Notes: generated by a model not told the origin, from the letters alone. Shown: positions 1-9,617, counted from the first letter of the stretch. The stretch: DNA of 31,124 nucleotides from Ignavibacteria bacterium (GCA_038240405.1 JBBSDT010000001.1:1-31124); one strand, 5' to 3'. Numbers and translations: made by a program.

Positions 1-122
1 GTTTCCGGAACACCCAAAATGTTTCCGGAACACCCAAAATGTTTCCGGAACTAATCAAAATGAGATGCGAAAAGACCAAAATAAAATATGAAGCGATAAA
101 ATGAAAATCTTACGACAAAAAT
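1..122. repeat. 20/21-nt tandem array, exact at left and degenerating to the right; may extend beyond the window
   Basis: GTTTCCGGAACACCCAAAAT at 1-20 and 21-40; then 21, 21, 20 and 20-nt units (41-61, 62-82, 83-102, 103-122), all ending in AAAAT. Confidence 0.8.
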
Positions 123-237
123 ATTCAATTATTATTTCCTTACTCCTAACTATTCTTCAATTAACAATAAAAGTAAATTAATTTGGACACTACTGCCACA
201 TCGGTCAAATATGTTTTTATAAATTATAAATTATCCC

Positions 238-276
238 GCCTTGCCGAGCTTGCGAGGCAGATTCGTTAAGGATGAC
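238..276. repeat. REP-like hairpin relic
   Basis: GCCTTGC (238-244) pairs with GCGAGGC (252-258) with one G-U, followed by GGATGAC (270-276), a motif recurring in other intergenic gaps. Confidence 0.4.
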
Positions 277-456
277 AAAAAAAAACTTCTTACCTGTAAA
301 CATTTTACCGAAATTAGAGAAAAATTTGTAATTTATAATTTATAATTTATTATGGGCAGTTAGGCCGGATAAATTTTTTATTCTATAAAAACAATATTTG
401 AATGAGTAATTTAAAATATTAAATAGAATATATTTTATAACCCAAAATAATTTTTA

Positions 457-3000
457 TTGAATTCAATTTTTAAAAATATCTTCGGTGTTTTAATTTTATT
501 GATAATTGTTTTGATTACTATAGGGGTTCTGTTTAATAATCTTACGAAAAAATCTTTTTACGAAGAGTCCGGTGTACTGAAAGTAAAAGAAATTTCAAGC
601 AGGGTTAACATTTATAAAAGTGAGCTTGGGGTAAGCCAGATCTTTGCCGACAATGAGAATGATATGTATTTTACTCTTGGGTATATGCATGCGCAGGACC
701 GCCTGTGGCAGATGGACATAGCGAGAAGAGTTGCTCAGGGAAGATTGTCGGAAATATTGGGAAAAGATGCTTTGGATTACGACATACTTTTCAGGACTAT
801 AGGAATAAATAAAACTGGGGCAAAGTTATATAATAAGCTTTCCCCAAAATCGAAATCGCTTCTTCAGTCATACTGCAGCGGTGTTAATAGTTTTATTGAA
901 AAAAATTCAAAGCAGCTTCCCCTGGAATTTGATATACTCAACTATAAACCGGAGGAGTGGAAGCCCGAACATTCCCTGATGATTCTCCGGCTGATGGCAT
1001 GGGAGCTTAATCTTTCATGGTATACCGATGTAATGTTTGGAATGATCGTAAAAAAATTCGGGATCGAAAAAGCAAAAGATTTTTTCCCCGATTATCCCGA
1101 AGATGCTCCTTTTATTGTTAAGAACGAATATGAAAAGGTAAAGAGTGACACTTCAAAATCAAAAAAAAATTACCTTAAAAATAAAAGTACAGCAGAAGAT
1201 AATTTATTAAATGAACAAACGGGAAAAAGTTACTCTTCTATCGGTGTTCTTGGTAAAAATTATTTTGATATATCAAAACAATACAGAGCTTTCTTTGGCA
1301 TTGAAGGGACTCATACGGGCAGCAACTCATGGGTAATTGCAGGAAATAAGTCCGAAAGCAGAAAGCCTGTTCTGGCCAATGATCCTCATCTTGCTCTCCT
1401 GGTTCCATGCAAATGGTATGAAGTAAGCTTGTACAATAACCAAAAAAAATATAGTATATGCGGGTTTTCAATTCCCGGAGTTCCCGGCATTGCTGTGGGA
1501 CACAATGATGTAATAAGCTGGGGTGTCACAAATTTGATGTGTGACGATGCCGATTTTTTTATTTTAAAAAAAGATTCTGCCGGTTCAAATAAATATATTT
1601 ATAAGAATGAAGCTCTAAGCCTTGACAGTTCTGTAGAAAACATAAAAATAAAAGATGTTCCTGATGAATATTCCTTTACTGCCTATTCTACAAAGATAGG
1701 ACCTGTAGTTTCAAACCTTGAAAAAACTGGATTCACAATAAACCAGAGTTTCAAATCAGATAATCGGGAGGAAATTCTTGCTTTTAAATGGACAGGCTTT
1801 GAATTAACAGATGAAATTGAAGCATTTTATAATATCAATAACTCTTCCAATTGGAATGAATTCAAAAATGCCCTGAAGACTTATGGAGCGCCTGCATTGA
1901 ATTTTGTATATGCTGATACCACAGGTAATATTGCTTTCCATTCGGCCGGGCTGGTACCTGTGCGAACAAGCATGTCCGACGAAAGCATTGCCTTTTATCC
2001 ATCTGCAGTTTCAGCATGGTCCGGATTCATTCCCTTTGATGAATTGCCAAATTCAATCAATCCAAAGGAGGGCTTCATAGTTGCTGCAAATAATAAGCCT
2101 CAGAAAAATTATAAATATTACATATCGGATTTATATGAGCCTCCGTACCGGGCGGGGAGAATAGAAGACCTGATAAAATCGAATCCTGTAATTAGCGAAG
2201 ATGAAATCATTCTTATGCAGAATGATGTTTACAGTATTCAGGCTAAAGATTTCTGCGGATTTTTATTTGAAGCTTTCGGAGACAGCTCTAACCTGACTAA
2301 TGACGTAAAGGTCTATTTGAATCTCCTGAAGCAATGGGACTTTGAGTTTAAAACTAACAGCATTCCTGCCACATTGTTTGCTCAATTCGAAATACAGCTA
2401 TATAAGAATCTTTATAAAGATGCAATGGGTGATGAACTTTTTGAGAATTATCTTTTTCTGAAGAATATTTCGGTACGAAATACCGCTAAACTGTTAAAGC
2501 AAAGTTCATCGGTATTATTTGAAAATAATTTTTCAAAAGAACAAATTTTGCGTAAGAGCTTTTATGATGCAGTTTCCGAATCGATTGCAAAATACGGTCC
2601 GGATATTAATAAATGGCAGTGGGGTGAAGTTCATAAAGTATATATGAAGCATCCTTTGGGTATAGTTCCATCTTTAAGCTCAATGCTGAATATCGGACCC
2701 TTTAAGATAGCTGGCAATGGAACTACCATTAATAACCAGGAATATAGTTTTTCAAATTCTCTGAAGACTTCGGAGTTTGAAAGCTATCTCGGACCTTCTA
2801 TGCGCATGATCATTGATCTTTCAAATATAAAAAGATATTTGTCAATAATTCCGACCGGGGAATCGGGGCAGCCATTACATAGAAACTACAATGACCAGGC
2901 AAGGCTCTGGCTTAACGGAGATTATAAAAAAGTATCCACAGACTTTGAGGACCTGAAAAAAGAAAATTTAAAGCTTCTTGCTCTTGAGCCTGCCGAATAA
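457..3000 (+). CDS. Penicillin acylase family (Ntn-hydrolase) protein, N-terminally membrane-anchored
   Basis: TTG start; N-terminal hydrophobic helix; LGYMHAQDRLWQMD in the alpha subunit; G-SNSWVIAG beta-subunit N-terminal Ser; LANDPHL; VAANNK; C-terminal PTGESG. Confidence 0.93.
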   Translation: MNSIFKNIFGVLILLIIVLITIGVLFNNLTKKSFYEESGVLKVKEISSRVNIYKSELGVSQIFADNENDMYFTLGYMHAQDRLWQMDIARRVAQGRLSEILGKDALDYDILFRTIGINKTGAKLYNKLSPKSKSLLQSYCSGVNSFIEKNSKQLPLEFDILNYKPEEWKPEHSLMILRLMAWELNLSWYTDVMFGMIVKKFGIEKAKDFFPDYPEDAPFIVKNEYEKVKSDTSKSKKNYLKNKSTAEDNLLNEQTGKSYSSIGVLGKNYFDISKQYRAFFGIEGTHTGSNSWVIAGNKSESRKPVLANDPHLALLVPCKWYEVSLYNNQKKYSICGFSIPGVPGIAVGHNDVISWGVTNLMCDDADFFILKKDSAGSNKYIYKNEALSLDSSVENIKIKDVPDEYSFTAYSTKIGPVVSNLEKTGFTINQSFKSDNREEILAFKWTGFELTDEIEAFYNINNSSNWNEFKNALKTYGAPALNFVYADTTGNIAFHSAGLVPVRTSMSDESIAFYPSAVSAWSGFIPFDELPNSINPKEGFIVAANNKPQKNYKYYISDLYEPPYRAGRIEDLIKSNPVISEDEIILMQNDVYSIQAKDFCGFLFEAFGDSSNLTNDVKVYLNLLKQWDFEFKTNSIPATLFAQFEIQLYKNLYKDAMGDELFENYLFLKNISVRNTAKLLKQSSSVLFENNFSKEQILRKSFYDAVSESIAKYGPDINKWQWGEVHKVYMKHPLGIVPSLSSMLNIGPFKIAGNGTTINNQEYSFSNSLKTSEFESYLGPSMRMIIDLSNIKRYLSIIPTGESGQPLHRNYNDQARLWLNGDYKKVSTDFEDLKKENLKLLALEPAE

Positions 3001-3012
3001 AACTACTTTTAC

Positions 3013-3828
3013 TTGATATCAAATAAAGAAAAATATGATCTTTACAGACCCAAGAAATTTCTCGGCCAAAACTTTCTTGTTGATAAAAATATTGCAAATA
3101 AAATTGTCAATTCACTGGAAATAAAACCCGGAGAAACTGTTATTGAGATCGGTCCCGGTCAGGGAGTTCTTACAGAGCTACTATGTGGACTTTCAACGAA
3201 TTTCTTTGCAGTCGAAATTGATAAGTCTATTTTTGAAAAATTAAATTCAGAATATGGTGAAAAAATAAAATTAATCCATGACGATTTTCTCAATATAAAT
3301 TTAAATGACGAATCTTTTCTTACCCATGGAAAAATAAAAGTCATAGGAAACATTCCTTATAACCTTACGAGTGAAATATTATTCAAATTATTTGAATCAA
3401 GCGATAAATTAGATTCCGCAGTGATGATGATGCAAAAAGAAGTTGCCTGCCGGCTGACTGCAAATCCCGGAACAAAAGACTACGGCATCCTTGCAATAAA
3501 TACGCAGCTCTTCACTTTACCAAAGATTTTGTTTAATGTGCCTCCTACAGCTTTCTTTCCGAAACCTAAGGTGGTTTCTTCAGTAGTGAAACTTGACTTT
3601 ATAAAAAATCCCCTGCCAGTAAAAGAAATGAGATTCTTCAAGACCCTGGTAAAGGAAAGCTTTGGCAAAAGAAGAAAGATTATGAAAAATTCGTTGAAAA
3701 ATATGTTTGAATTAAATAACATTTCATTTGAAAGCATTGATTTTGATTTTTCCAGAAGGGCAGAAAGTGTTTCGATTAAAGAATATATAGAATTGGCAAA
3801 TGAAATGATTAAGTTAAGAATGGAGTAG
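3013..3828 (+). CDS. rsmA: 16S rRNA m6,2A dimethyltransferase
   Basis: KKFLGQNFL, EIGPGQG SAM motif, GNIPYNLTS, MMQKEVA, FFPKPKV; TTG start. Confidence 0.97.
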   Translation: MISNKEKYDLYRPKKFLGQNFLVDKNIANKIVNSLEIKPGETVIEIGPGQGVLTELLCGLSTNFFAVEIDKSIFEKLNSEYGEKIKLIHDDFLNINLNDESFLTHGKIKVIGNIPYNLTSEILFKLFESSDKLDSAVMMMQKEVACRLTANPGTKDYGILAINTQLFTLPKILFNVPPTAFFPKPKVVSSVVKLDFIKNPLPVKEMRFFKTLVKESFGKRRKIMKNSLKNMFELNNISFESIDFDFSRRAESVSIKEYIELANEMIKLRME

Positions 3829-3839
3829 AATCATCGTTA

Positions 3840-4289
3840 TCATCTTCTTACTCTGAAAAAAGCTCTTAATATTTCTCCGCATTTGTCATCCATTATTCCT
3901 CCGGTAATATTGCAACTATGATTCAGTGATTTGTTAAATGCAATATTAAGAACGCTCCCGCAAGCGCCGCTTTTTAAATCATAAGCCCCGAAGAACAGAT
4001 TTTCTATTTTCGCAAGAACAATCGCACCTGCACACATAGCACATGGTTCGAGTGTAACATACATGCTGCAACCAACAAGCTGTTTTGACTGCAAATATTC
4101 AGCAGCAGATGTGATCGCAAGAATTTCTGCATGTGCTGTCGGATCCTTCAATGATTCAACCTGGTTATGAGTCTTTGCTATTATCGAATTTTGAAATACA
4201 ATAACACAGCCAATAGGGATTTCCTCCTTAGTATATGCTTTGCCCGCTTCCTTAAAAGCATAATTCATATAAATTTCATTTTGTGTCAT
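3840..4289 (-). CDS. tadA: tRNA adenosine(34) deaminase
   Basis: EIPIGCV, DPTAHAE, VTLEPCAMC zinc motifs, FFRVRR C-terminus. Confidence 0.95.
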   Translation of the reverse strand: MTQNEIYMNYAFKEAGKAYTKEEIPIGCVIVFQNSIIAKTHNQVESLKDPTAHAEILAITSAAEYLQSKQLVGCSMYVTLEPCAMCAGAIVLAKIENLFFGAYDLKSGACGSVLNIAFNKSLNHSCNITGGIMDDKCGEILRAFFRVRR

Positions 4290-4303
4290 AGTATTTTAGC
4301 TTA

Positions 4304-5401
4304 TCAAATTTTTGATTTTTCTTTCGCAGTTTTTTCATAAACGTCATTCATCTTTTTCATTAGTTCTCTGAAGTTTGAAAACTTATATCCCAATTTTTTC
4401 AGGACATACACCTGTTTATCATAACTGCTGAAATCGCTCGGAGACATATTAATGTCATAAAATAAAAACTTCTTTCCGTCCTTTGTTTTTGAAATTATGT
4501 CTTCAAAGAGCATGTTAACTTTATCTTCTCCCCGTCTTTGATCAGTAAAAACAGTATCCGGGTATACCTTAAGATTATTTTTAATCATTTCTTCGGTTAT
4601 TTTTTTATTAAAATCACTAATATTTTTCTTATTATAAAGAATTATTCCGCTAACCTGAGGGAAATTCAAAGAAATTGATTTTATTTTGGACATCCACAAG
4701 CTTTCTTTCATGTCAGATTTGAAGTCAGCATCAACATCATCTTCATCACCAACCGAAAATTTTAGCAGATAGTCTCTTTTCAATTCAATTATCTTCGATT
4801 GATATTCCGCCTTATCGTTTCCTGGTGAAAGGAAGACGGAGAATTCCTGCGTATTACCAAGAATATTTTCCGCATCGTTCAAACCATATGAGTCAAGGCT
4901 GTCAATTACTAAACAAACCTCCGCGGTCTTTCTTCTTATTGAGTCGGAATATGTAAACTTTAAACTCCTAAGCTGCGACATAACAGTATCCCGGATGGAA
5001 AAAATGTTAATGTCAACATTTTTGCTTTTTGGCTCTTCATATACGTTTTCTTTAAGATTTTTTAAAGTAAGGTAGTTTGAAATTTCATAATTTAATTCTA
5101 TCGTTGGCAAATCAGGTGGTATTAATATTTCCCGGGAAAATTCAGTAGCGGTTGATTGATTTTTCTTTCTTTTTTCCCTGTCAGAATTATCTTTCATCCA
5201 TTCTTTTCTGATTCCGAAAGTCAGAAGAATTGAATCAATATCATTTTCAATTTTTTCATTAGTAGTAGGAGTTAATACGGCGTCCGGGGAATTTATTTTT
5301 GAGGAAGTTTTACCGGCAGAAAGGTAAAAATATATTAATATCAGGATAATGATGCTTAATAAGCTGATTACGAGGATTCTAAATTTCTGTTTTTTGTCCA
5401 G
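4304..5401 (-). CDS. Membrane-anchored protein, probably a degenerate divergent polysaccharide deacetylase family member; 365 aa from a CTG start
   Basis: The frame is open 68 codons upstream of the ATG at 5197 (LDKKQKFRILVISLLSIIILILIYFYLSAG...), bounded by TAA at 5408-5410. VCLVIDSL / FSVFLSP / C-terminal LKKLGYKF weakly resemble the family. Confidence 0.6.
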   Translation of the reverse strand: MDKKQKFRILVISLLSIIILILIYFYLSAGKTSSKINSPDAVLTPTTNEKIENDIDSILLTFGIRKEWMKDNSDREKRKKNQSTATEFSREILIPPDLPTIELNYEISNYLTLKNLKENVYEEPKSKNVDINIFSIRDTVMSQLRSLKFTYSDSIRRKTAEVCLVIDSLDSYGLNDAENILGNTQEFSVFLSPGNDKAEYQSKIIELKRDYLLKFSVGDEDDVDADFKSDMKESLWMSKIKSISLNFPQVSGIILYNKKNISDFNKKITEEMIKNNLKVYPDTVFTDQRRGEDKVNMLFEDIISKTKDGKKFLFYDINMSPSDFSSYDKQVYVLKKLGYKFSNFRELMKKMNDVYEKTAKEKSKI

Positions 5402-5479
5402 GATTAATTATGAGTGATTATTTATAGATAATTTTACAATTAAGGTAGCTGACCGGCAATTGCCAAAGATCATATTGTA

Positions 5480-6931
5480 TTATTTTGCGGCAGCATTTTC
5501 AATTTCCTTCGATACACGTTTTATTATTTCTCCTGCATTTTTAATTTTCGGCAGATTGAGAATTTTGAGAACGTCGTCAACATAGACTTCTTTTCTCATG
5601 CCAGCAAGAACTGTGGTAACTCCTTCGACAGAGCTCAAAAGCAAAATAGCTTTTTGTGAAAGGGTCAGACTATGAAACTCTTCATCAAGATTTTCATTTA
5701 TTAATTTATTTATAAAGATGCTTCTCTTTGCTGCTCTTAATTTATAATAGTTACTGACAAAATTTAGTAGACGGTAACACTCCTTTATATATCTATGATA
5801 AAAATCATTAACATTTTCATTGATTACCTTTTCGTTAAATAAATTTGTAAGAAAATCTATACGAGGTGCAAAAAGCTGGAATACAACATCATTATAATGT
5901 TCTATGCTTCCAAAAAACTTCCAGTTTTCATCAATTAATTTACCAAATGCCAGATATTTTTTTGCCCGGGTAAAATCTTCCGGGGTTAAATTTTCTTCTT
6001 TTAACTTTTCATTTATCAGATCATCTTCCATCAGGGTAACAAGTTTAATTTGTTTTATAAAATCCTTTTCCAGGAATTGTTCCGGATTAAATTCCGAAAG
6101 CCGGATGAGACCATTGGAAGTAATAACGTTCAGAGGACGGTTAGTCAGTACTTTTATCCCAATCCTGTTTGCAAGTTCAAGAATTGTTTCGGTATTATTG
6201 ATCTGATTCTTGATAAGAATTGCACCAGCTTCAAACAAATTAAAGGGGAATTGTATAACCTTAAAATGATTATTTATAGAAATTGAATTGGCAATGTCTA
6301 AAACTTTTTCCAGTGAAGTAAAATCATATTCATTCTCATAGGTAACAAATGTATTGGAAGATATCCCATAGCTATTTATTTTTTCTTCGACGACCATTTT
6401 TTCCAGGAATTCAAATGCTTTCTTAATTCTTTTATAATATATTTCCCTGGCATCATTGCGATCTATATTATTTTTCTTAGCCAGGTTAAGATAATATTCC
6501 GGATTATGGAGAAGATATACATCAATATAATCTATTCTTAATCTGTGCAGCTGCCGGCTCAATTGATCTTTCAAAAAATCAGGATGAATGCAGTGCCACA
6601 GTCCCTCGGCATATTCAACAGTATCGGGAAAGGGCTTTCCTTCCTGTTTTAATTTTACTGCGAGACGGTAATTCTGTCCCTGAATATAACCCCCTTTGGT
6701 CACAACAGTAATGTTTTCCCTTTTTAACTTTCCGTCACTTATCAAATCATTTACAACTTTCCCGGCAAGGAGTTCGCTTTCTCCGTCAGAATAGTTTGCA
6801 GAGGTATCGATAAGTTCTACCCCTTCGGTAAGAGCTTTGACCAATGCCTTGTAATGTACATCATCTCTCCCGACGATCCTGTAACATCCGAAACCTATTT
6901 TAGAGAAACTCATTTCCAGAAAATTTGACAT
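5480..6931 (-). CDS. Aldo/keto reductase family protein
   Basis: IGFGCYR, LIDTSANYSDGESE, VTKGG, DVYLLHNPE, IQFPFN. The ATG at 6931 is preferred over the track start at 6982. Confidence 0.9.
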   Translation of the reverse strand: MSNFLEMSFSKIGFGCYRIVGRDDVHYKALVKALTEGVELIDTSANYSDGESELLAGKVVNDLISDGKLKRENITVVTKGGYIQGQNYRLAVKLKQEGKPFPDTVEYAEGLWHCIHPDFLKDQLSRQLHRLRIDYIDVYLLHNPEYYLNLAKKNNIDRNDAREIYYKRIKKAFEFLEKMVVEEKINSYGISSNTFVTYENEYDFTSLEKVLDIANSISINNHFKVIQFPFNLFEAGAILIKNQINNTETILELANRIGIKVLTNRPLNVITSNGLIRLSEFNPEQFLEKDFIKQIKLVTLMEDDLINEKLKEENLTPEDFTRAKKYLAFGKLIDENWKFFGSIEHYNDVVFQLFAPRIDFLTNLFNEKVINENVNDFYHRYIKECYRLLNFVSNYYKLRAAKRSIFINKLINENLDEEFHSLTLSQKAILLLSSVEGVTTVLAGMRKEVYVDDVLKILNLPKIKNAGEIIKRVSKEIENAAAK

Positions 6932-7049
6932 AAAATTACTAATATTAATTAAGGGGGTAAAGGCTAATGATAAGCTAAACATCTACGAATAAATAAAATT
7001 GGTTTATATAAAAATAACTGAAATTAAATCCTAAGATCTTTTTTCATTA

Positions 7050-7078
7050 TTGACAAATAAATTTATTTGATTTAACTT
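7050..7078 (+). promoter_or_regulatory. Sigma70-type promoter
   Basis: TTGACA (7050-7055), 17-bp spacer, TAACTT (7073-7078). Confidence 0.6.
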
Positions 7079-7091
7079 TGTACTACAAAGT
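7075..7091. promoter_or_regulatory. Operator palindrome ACTTTG-N5-CAAAGT
   Basis: Perfect 6-bp inverted repeat overlapping the -10 element, upstream of an operon encoding a winged-HTH protein. Confidence 0.65.
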
Positions 7092-7119
7092 ACTTTCTAA
7101 TTCATATTCTAAATTAAAA

Positions 7120-7755
7120 ATGAATACAAACGGCAGCGAACACCTTGATACAATAAATGAAATCAGGGGGTTGATGGAAAGATCTTCGAAATTCGTATCT
7201 CTGAGCGGGATTGCAGGAATAGCAGCCGGAGTCATTGCAATGCTAGGTTGTGTCGTGGCAAGTCTTTATCTGAAGATTGGTTTTTTTGACCAGGCTAAGA
7301 GTATCGTTGTTCCTCACCACGAAGATGGTACAAATGTTTTCTTTATTATTTTACTTTTGTTAATTGTATTCCTGCTTGCACTTGCCTCCGCATTATTTTT
7401 CTCATCAAGAAAAGCAAAGAAGAAAAATATAATTTTTTGGGATGCCATGGCGAGAAGAGTATTTCTTAATCACTTTATATTTCTTTTTACAGGCGGAATT
7501 TTCTGCTGGATACTTTTTTATTATGGATTATACTTTTTGATCGTTGCCTCAATGCTGATCTTCTATGGTCTTGCACTGGTAAATGTCAGCAAGTTTACAT
7601 TTAACGAAATTGCACAGCTGGGGATACTGGAAATTTGCCTCGGTATTTTTTCGGCTTTCGTAACTGTTTATCCTCTGCTGATTTGGTTTATAGGATTCGG
7701 GATACTGCATTTACTTTATGGAACATATGTTTACATAAAATATGAAAAGGCATAA
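7120..7755 (+). CDS. Multi-pass membrane protein, hypothetical
   Basis: EIRGLMERSSKFVSLSG, several hydrophobic helices, GFGILHLLYG. The ATG at 7120 is preferred because the track TTG at 7078 lies inside the promoter/operator. Confidence 0.85.
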   Translation: MNTNGSEHLDTINEIRGLMERSSKFVSLSGIAGIAAGVIAMLGCVVASLYLKIGFFDQAKSIVVPHHEDGTNVFFIILLLLIVFLLALASALFFSSRKAKKKNIIFWDAMARRVFLNHFIFLFTGGIFCWILFYYGLYFLIVASMLIFYGLALVNVSKFTFNEIAQLGILEICLGIFSAFVTVYPLLIWFIGFGILHLLYGTYVYIKYEKA

Positions 7756-7757
7756 CC

Positions 7758-8060
7758 GTGAAAGATATAATTGATAATCTTGACAGGGTACTGGAGAGCA
7801 GAATACGGCTGGGAGTAATGTCAATACTGGTAGTAAACGAATCTGTTGCTTTCAATGATTTAAAGCAATTACTTGATGTGACCGACGGTAATCTTGCCAG
7901 CCATGTTGCCTCATTGGAAAAAAATAAATATATCCGCATAAAAAAAAAGTTAGTTGGTAAAAAGACCAACACTGCTTACTTTATTACGCCGACAGGAAAA
8001 AAAGCTTTTAACAATCATCTTAATGCACTCGAAAAATTAATACAAAAAAATAACCTTTAA
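7758..8060 (+). CDS. Winged helix-turn-helix transcriptional regulator (MarR/ArsR-like)
   Basis: RIRLGVMSIL, FNDLKQLLDVTDGNLASH, YFITPTGKKAF; GTG start. Confidence 0.9.
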   Translation: MKDIIDNLDRVLESRIRLGVMSILVVNESVAFNDLKQLLDVTDGNLASHVASLEKNKYIRIKKKLVGKKTNTAYFITPTGKKAFNNHLNALEKLIQKNNL

Positions 8061-8093
8061 TAATTTATCTTAAACAAACCAAATCATATTATT

Positions 8094-8339
8094 ATGAAAA
8101 CTCAATGGTTCAGAAAAGCCGGATGGATCTACATCCCTGTATCAGCAATCGGAATTACCTTCTACATTCTTACTTTAATATTTTGTACTACCGTTTTTAT
8201 TGCCGTTGACAGGCATTCACATTCCAATTCAGACACTCTGTACGGTATTTTTCCGTTTTTCGTTTCCGCATTCACTCTTTTATTCTGGGTGGCATCAAAT
8301 TGTTCATACAATAAAAAAGAAAAAATTATAACTGATTAA
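8094..8339 (+). CDS. Small two-TM membrane protein, hypothetical
   Basis: 81-aa ORF, WFRKAGWIYIPVS start, two hydrophobic segments, same strand as the operon. Confidence 0.75.
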   Translation: MKTQWFRKAGWIYIPVSAIGITFYILTLIFCTTVFIAVDRHSHSNSDTLYGIFPFFVSAFTLLFWVASNCSYNKKEKIITD

Positions 8340-8415
8340 CTGAAAATCATTCCGGAATTATTAAGTGAATCTGGAAAATAATTCTGACTTAATTTACTAA
8401 CCATTATAAATTGCA

Positions 8416-8666
8416 ATGAAAGGAACTCAAAATGAAATCAATAACTTAAATTCCAATTTTTTTACTGGCGCTGCCTTAATTCTGATGCCTGTATTATTTT
8501 TTCTCTCAGTCATCTCTCAGCAGATATTTCACTTAGACTTTTTGATTGAGCGGATTTTTGTACCGATAACTTCCTGATGACATTTTTGAATTACTTACCG
8601 CTCATATCCCTGAGTGATTGCAAATTATTTTTAGAAAGGCAGCATTTTAACACAACTTTTAATTGA
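8416..8666 (+). pseudogene. Possible remnant of a small membrane protein gene
   Basis: 53-aa ORF 8416-8577 with a hydrophobic segment (FFTGAALILMPVLFFLSVI), overlapped at TGATG by a 29-aa ORF 8577-8666 (MTFLNYLPLISL...). Confidence 0.35.
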
Positions 8667-8714
8667 ATATTTAGTTCAGTTATTCTATTTTGTATAAATA
8701 ATCTGAATTACTTA

Positions 8715-9617
8715 ATGGAAACAAAGATATCATCCGCAAATCCGGATATTTACAACTTTGACAGCTTGTGGGACTACAATAACCCTTCAGAAACCGAAAA
8801 AAAATTCCGTAAAATTCTGCCAAAAGTTAAAGACACAAATAACACACCTTCTTATCTTGAACTGCTCACTCAAATTGCCCGTACTCTGGGACTGCAGATG
8901 AAGTTCGATGAAGCACACTTAATCCTGAATGAAGTCGAAAAAAGTTTAAACAATGAGTATCCTGTTGCTGAAATAAGATACTATTTAGAAAGAGGAAGAG
9001 TGTATAATTCTTCAAAGCAAAAACAAAAATCGAAGAATTTATTTCTTGAAGCTTATAAACTTGCAAATGAAAACAACCAGGATTTTTATGCAATAGATGC
9101 TGCACACATGATGGGAATTATTGAAGAACCTAAGGAAGCGCTCAGATGGAATCAAAAAGCAATAGTGCAGGCAGAAAATTCAGATGATGATAAGTCTAAG
9201 AAATGGCTCGGTTCTTTATACAATAATTCGGCATGGACATATCATGATACGGGCAAATATGACGATGCGATTGAGCTGTTCGAAAAAAATGTTATCTGGC
9301 ACAGCGAAAGAAAAACCGAACGGGGTTTAATTATTGCCAAATGGAGTGTGGCGCGAACTTTGCGTTCAATGAATAGAATTGATGAAGCGCTTGAACGGCA
9401 GTTATTGATATTAAATGAGATTGAAGAAAAAAAATTGGAGCCGGACGGATATGTATATGAAGAGCTGGGGGAGTGTTATCTGGCAAATGGCAATACTAAC
9501 GCCGCAGGTCCATACTTTAAATTAGCCTTTGAAATTCTTTCGAAGGATATCTGGCTTGCTGAATACGAGAAGGAAAGAGTGGAAAGATTAAAAAAACTTG
9601 CTTCGGTTGTTGATTGA
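8715..9617 (+). CDS. Tetratricopeptide-repeat-like helical protein
   Basis: Repeating helical pattern: LLTQIARTLGLQ, YYLERGRVY, AIDAAHMMG, LYNNSAWTYHDTGKYDDA, YEELGECY. Confidence 0.8.
   Translation: METKISSANPDIYNFDSLWDYNNPSETEKKFRKILPKVKDTNNTPSYLELLTQIARTLGLQMKFDEAHLILNEVEKSLNNEYPVAEIRYYLERGRVYNSSKQKQKSKNLFLEAYKLANENNQDFYAIDAAHMMGIIEEPKEALRWNQKAIVQAENSDDDKSKKWLGSLYNNSAWTYHDTGKYDDAIELFEKNVIWHSERKTERGLIIAKWSVARTLRSMNRIDEALERQLLILNEIEEKKLEPDGYVYEELGECYLANGNTNAAGPYFKLAFEILSKDIWLAEYEKERVERLKKLASVVD

Noticed and set aside
6932-6982. N-terminal extension of the aldo/keto reductase
   Set aside because: Family similarity starts after the internal Met; ATG 6931 (or the next Met) is more plausible.
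7078-7119. Track start TTG 7078 for the membrane protein
   Set aside because: It lies within the -10/operator; ATG 7120 has a typical A-rich leader.
8575-8577. Selenocysteine readthrough of TGA
   Set aside because: The in-frame continuation hits another TGA three codons later; no redox motif or SECIS-like stem is evident.
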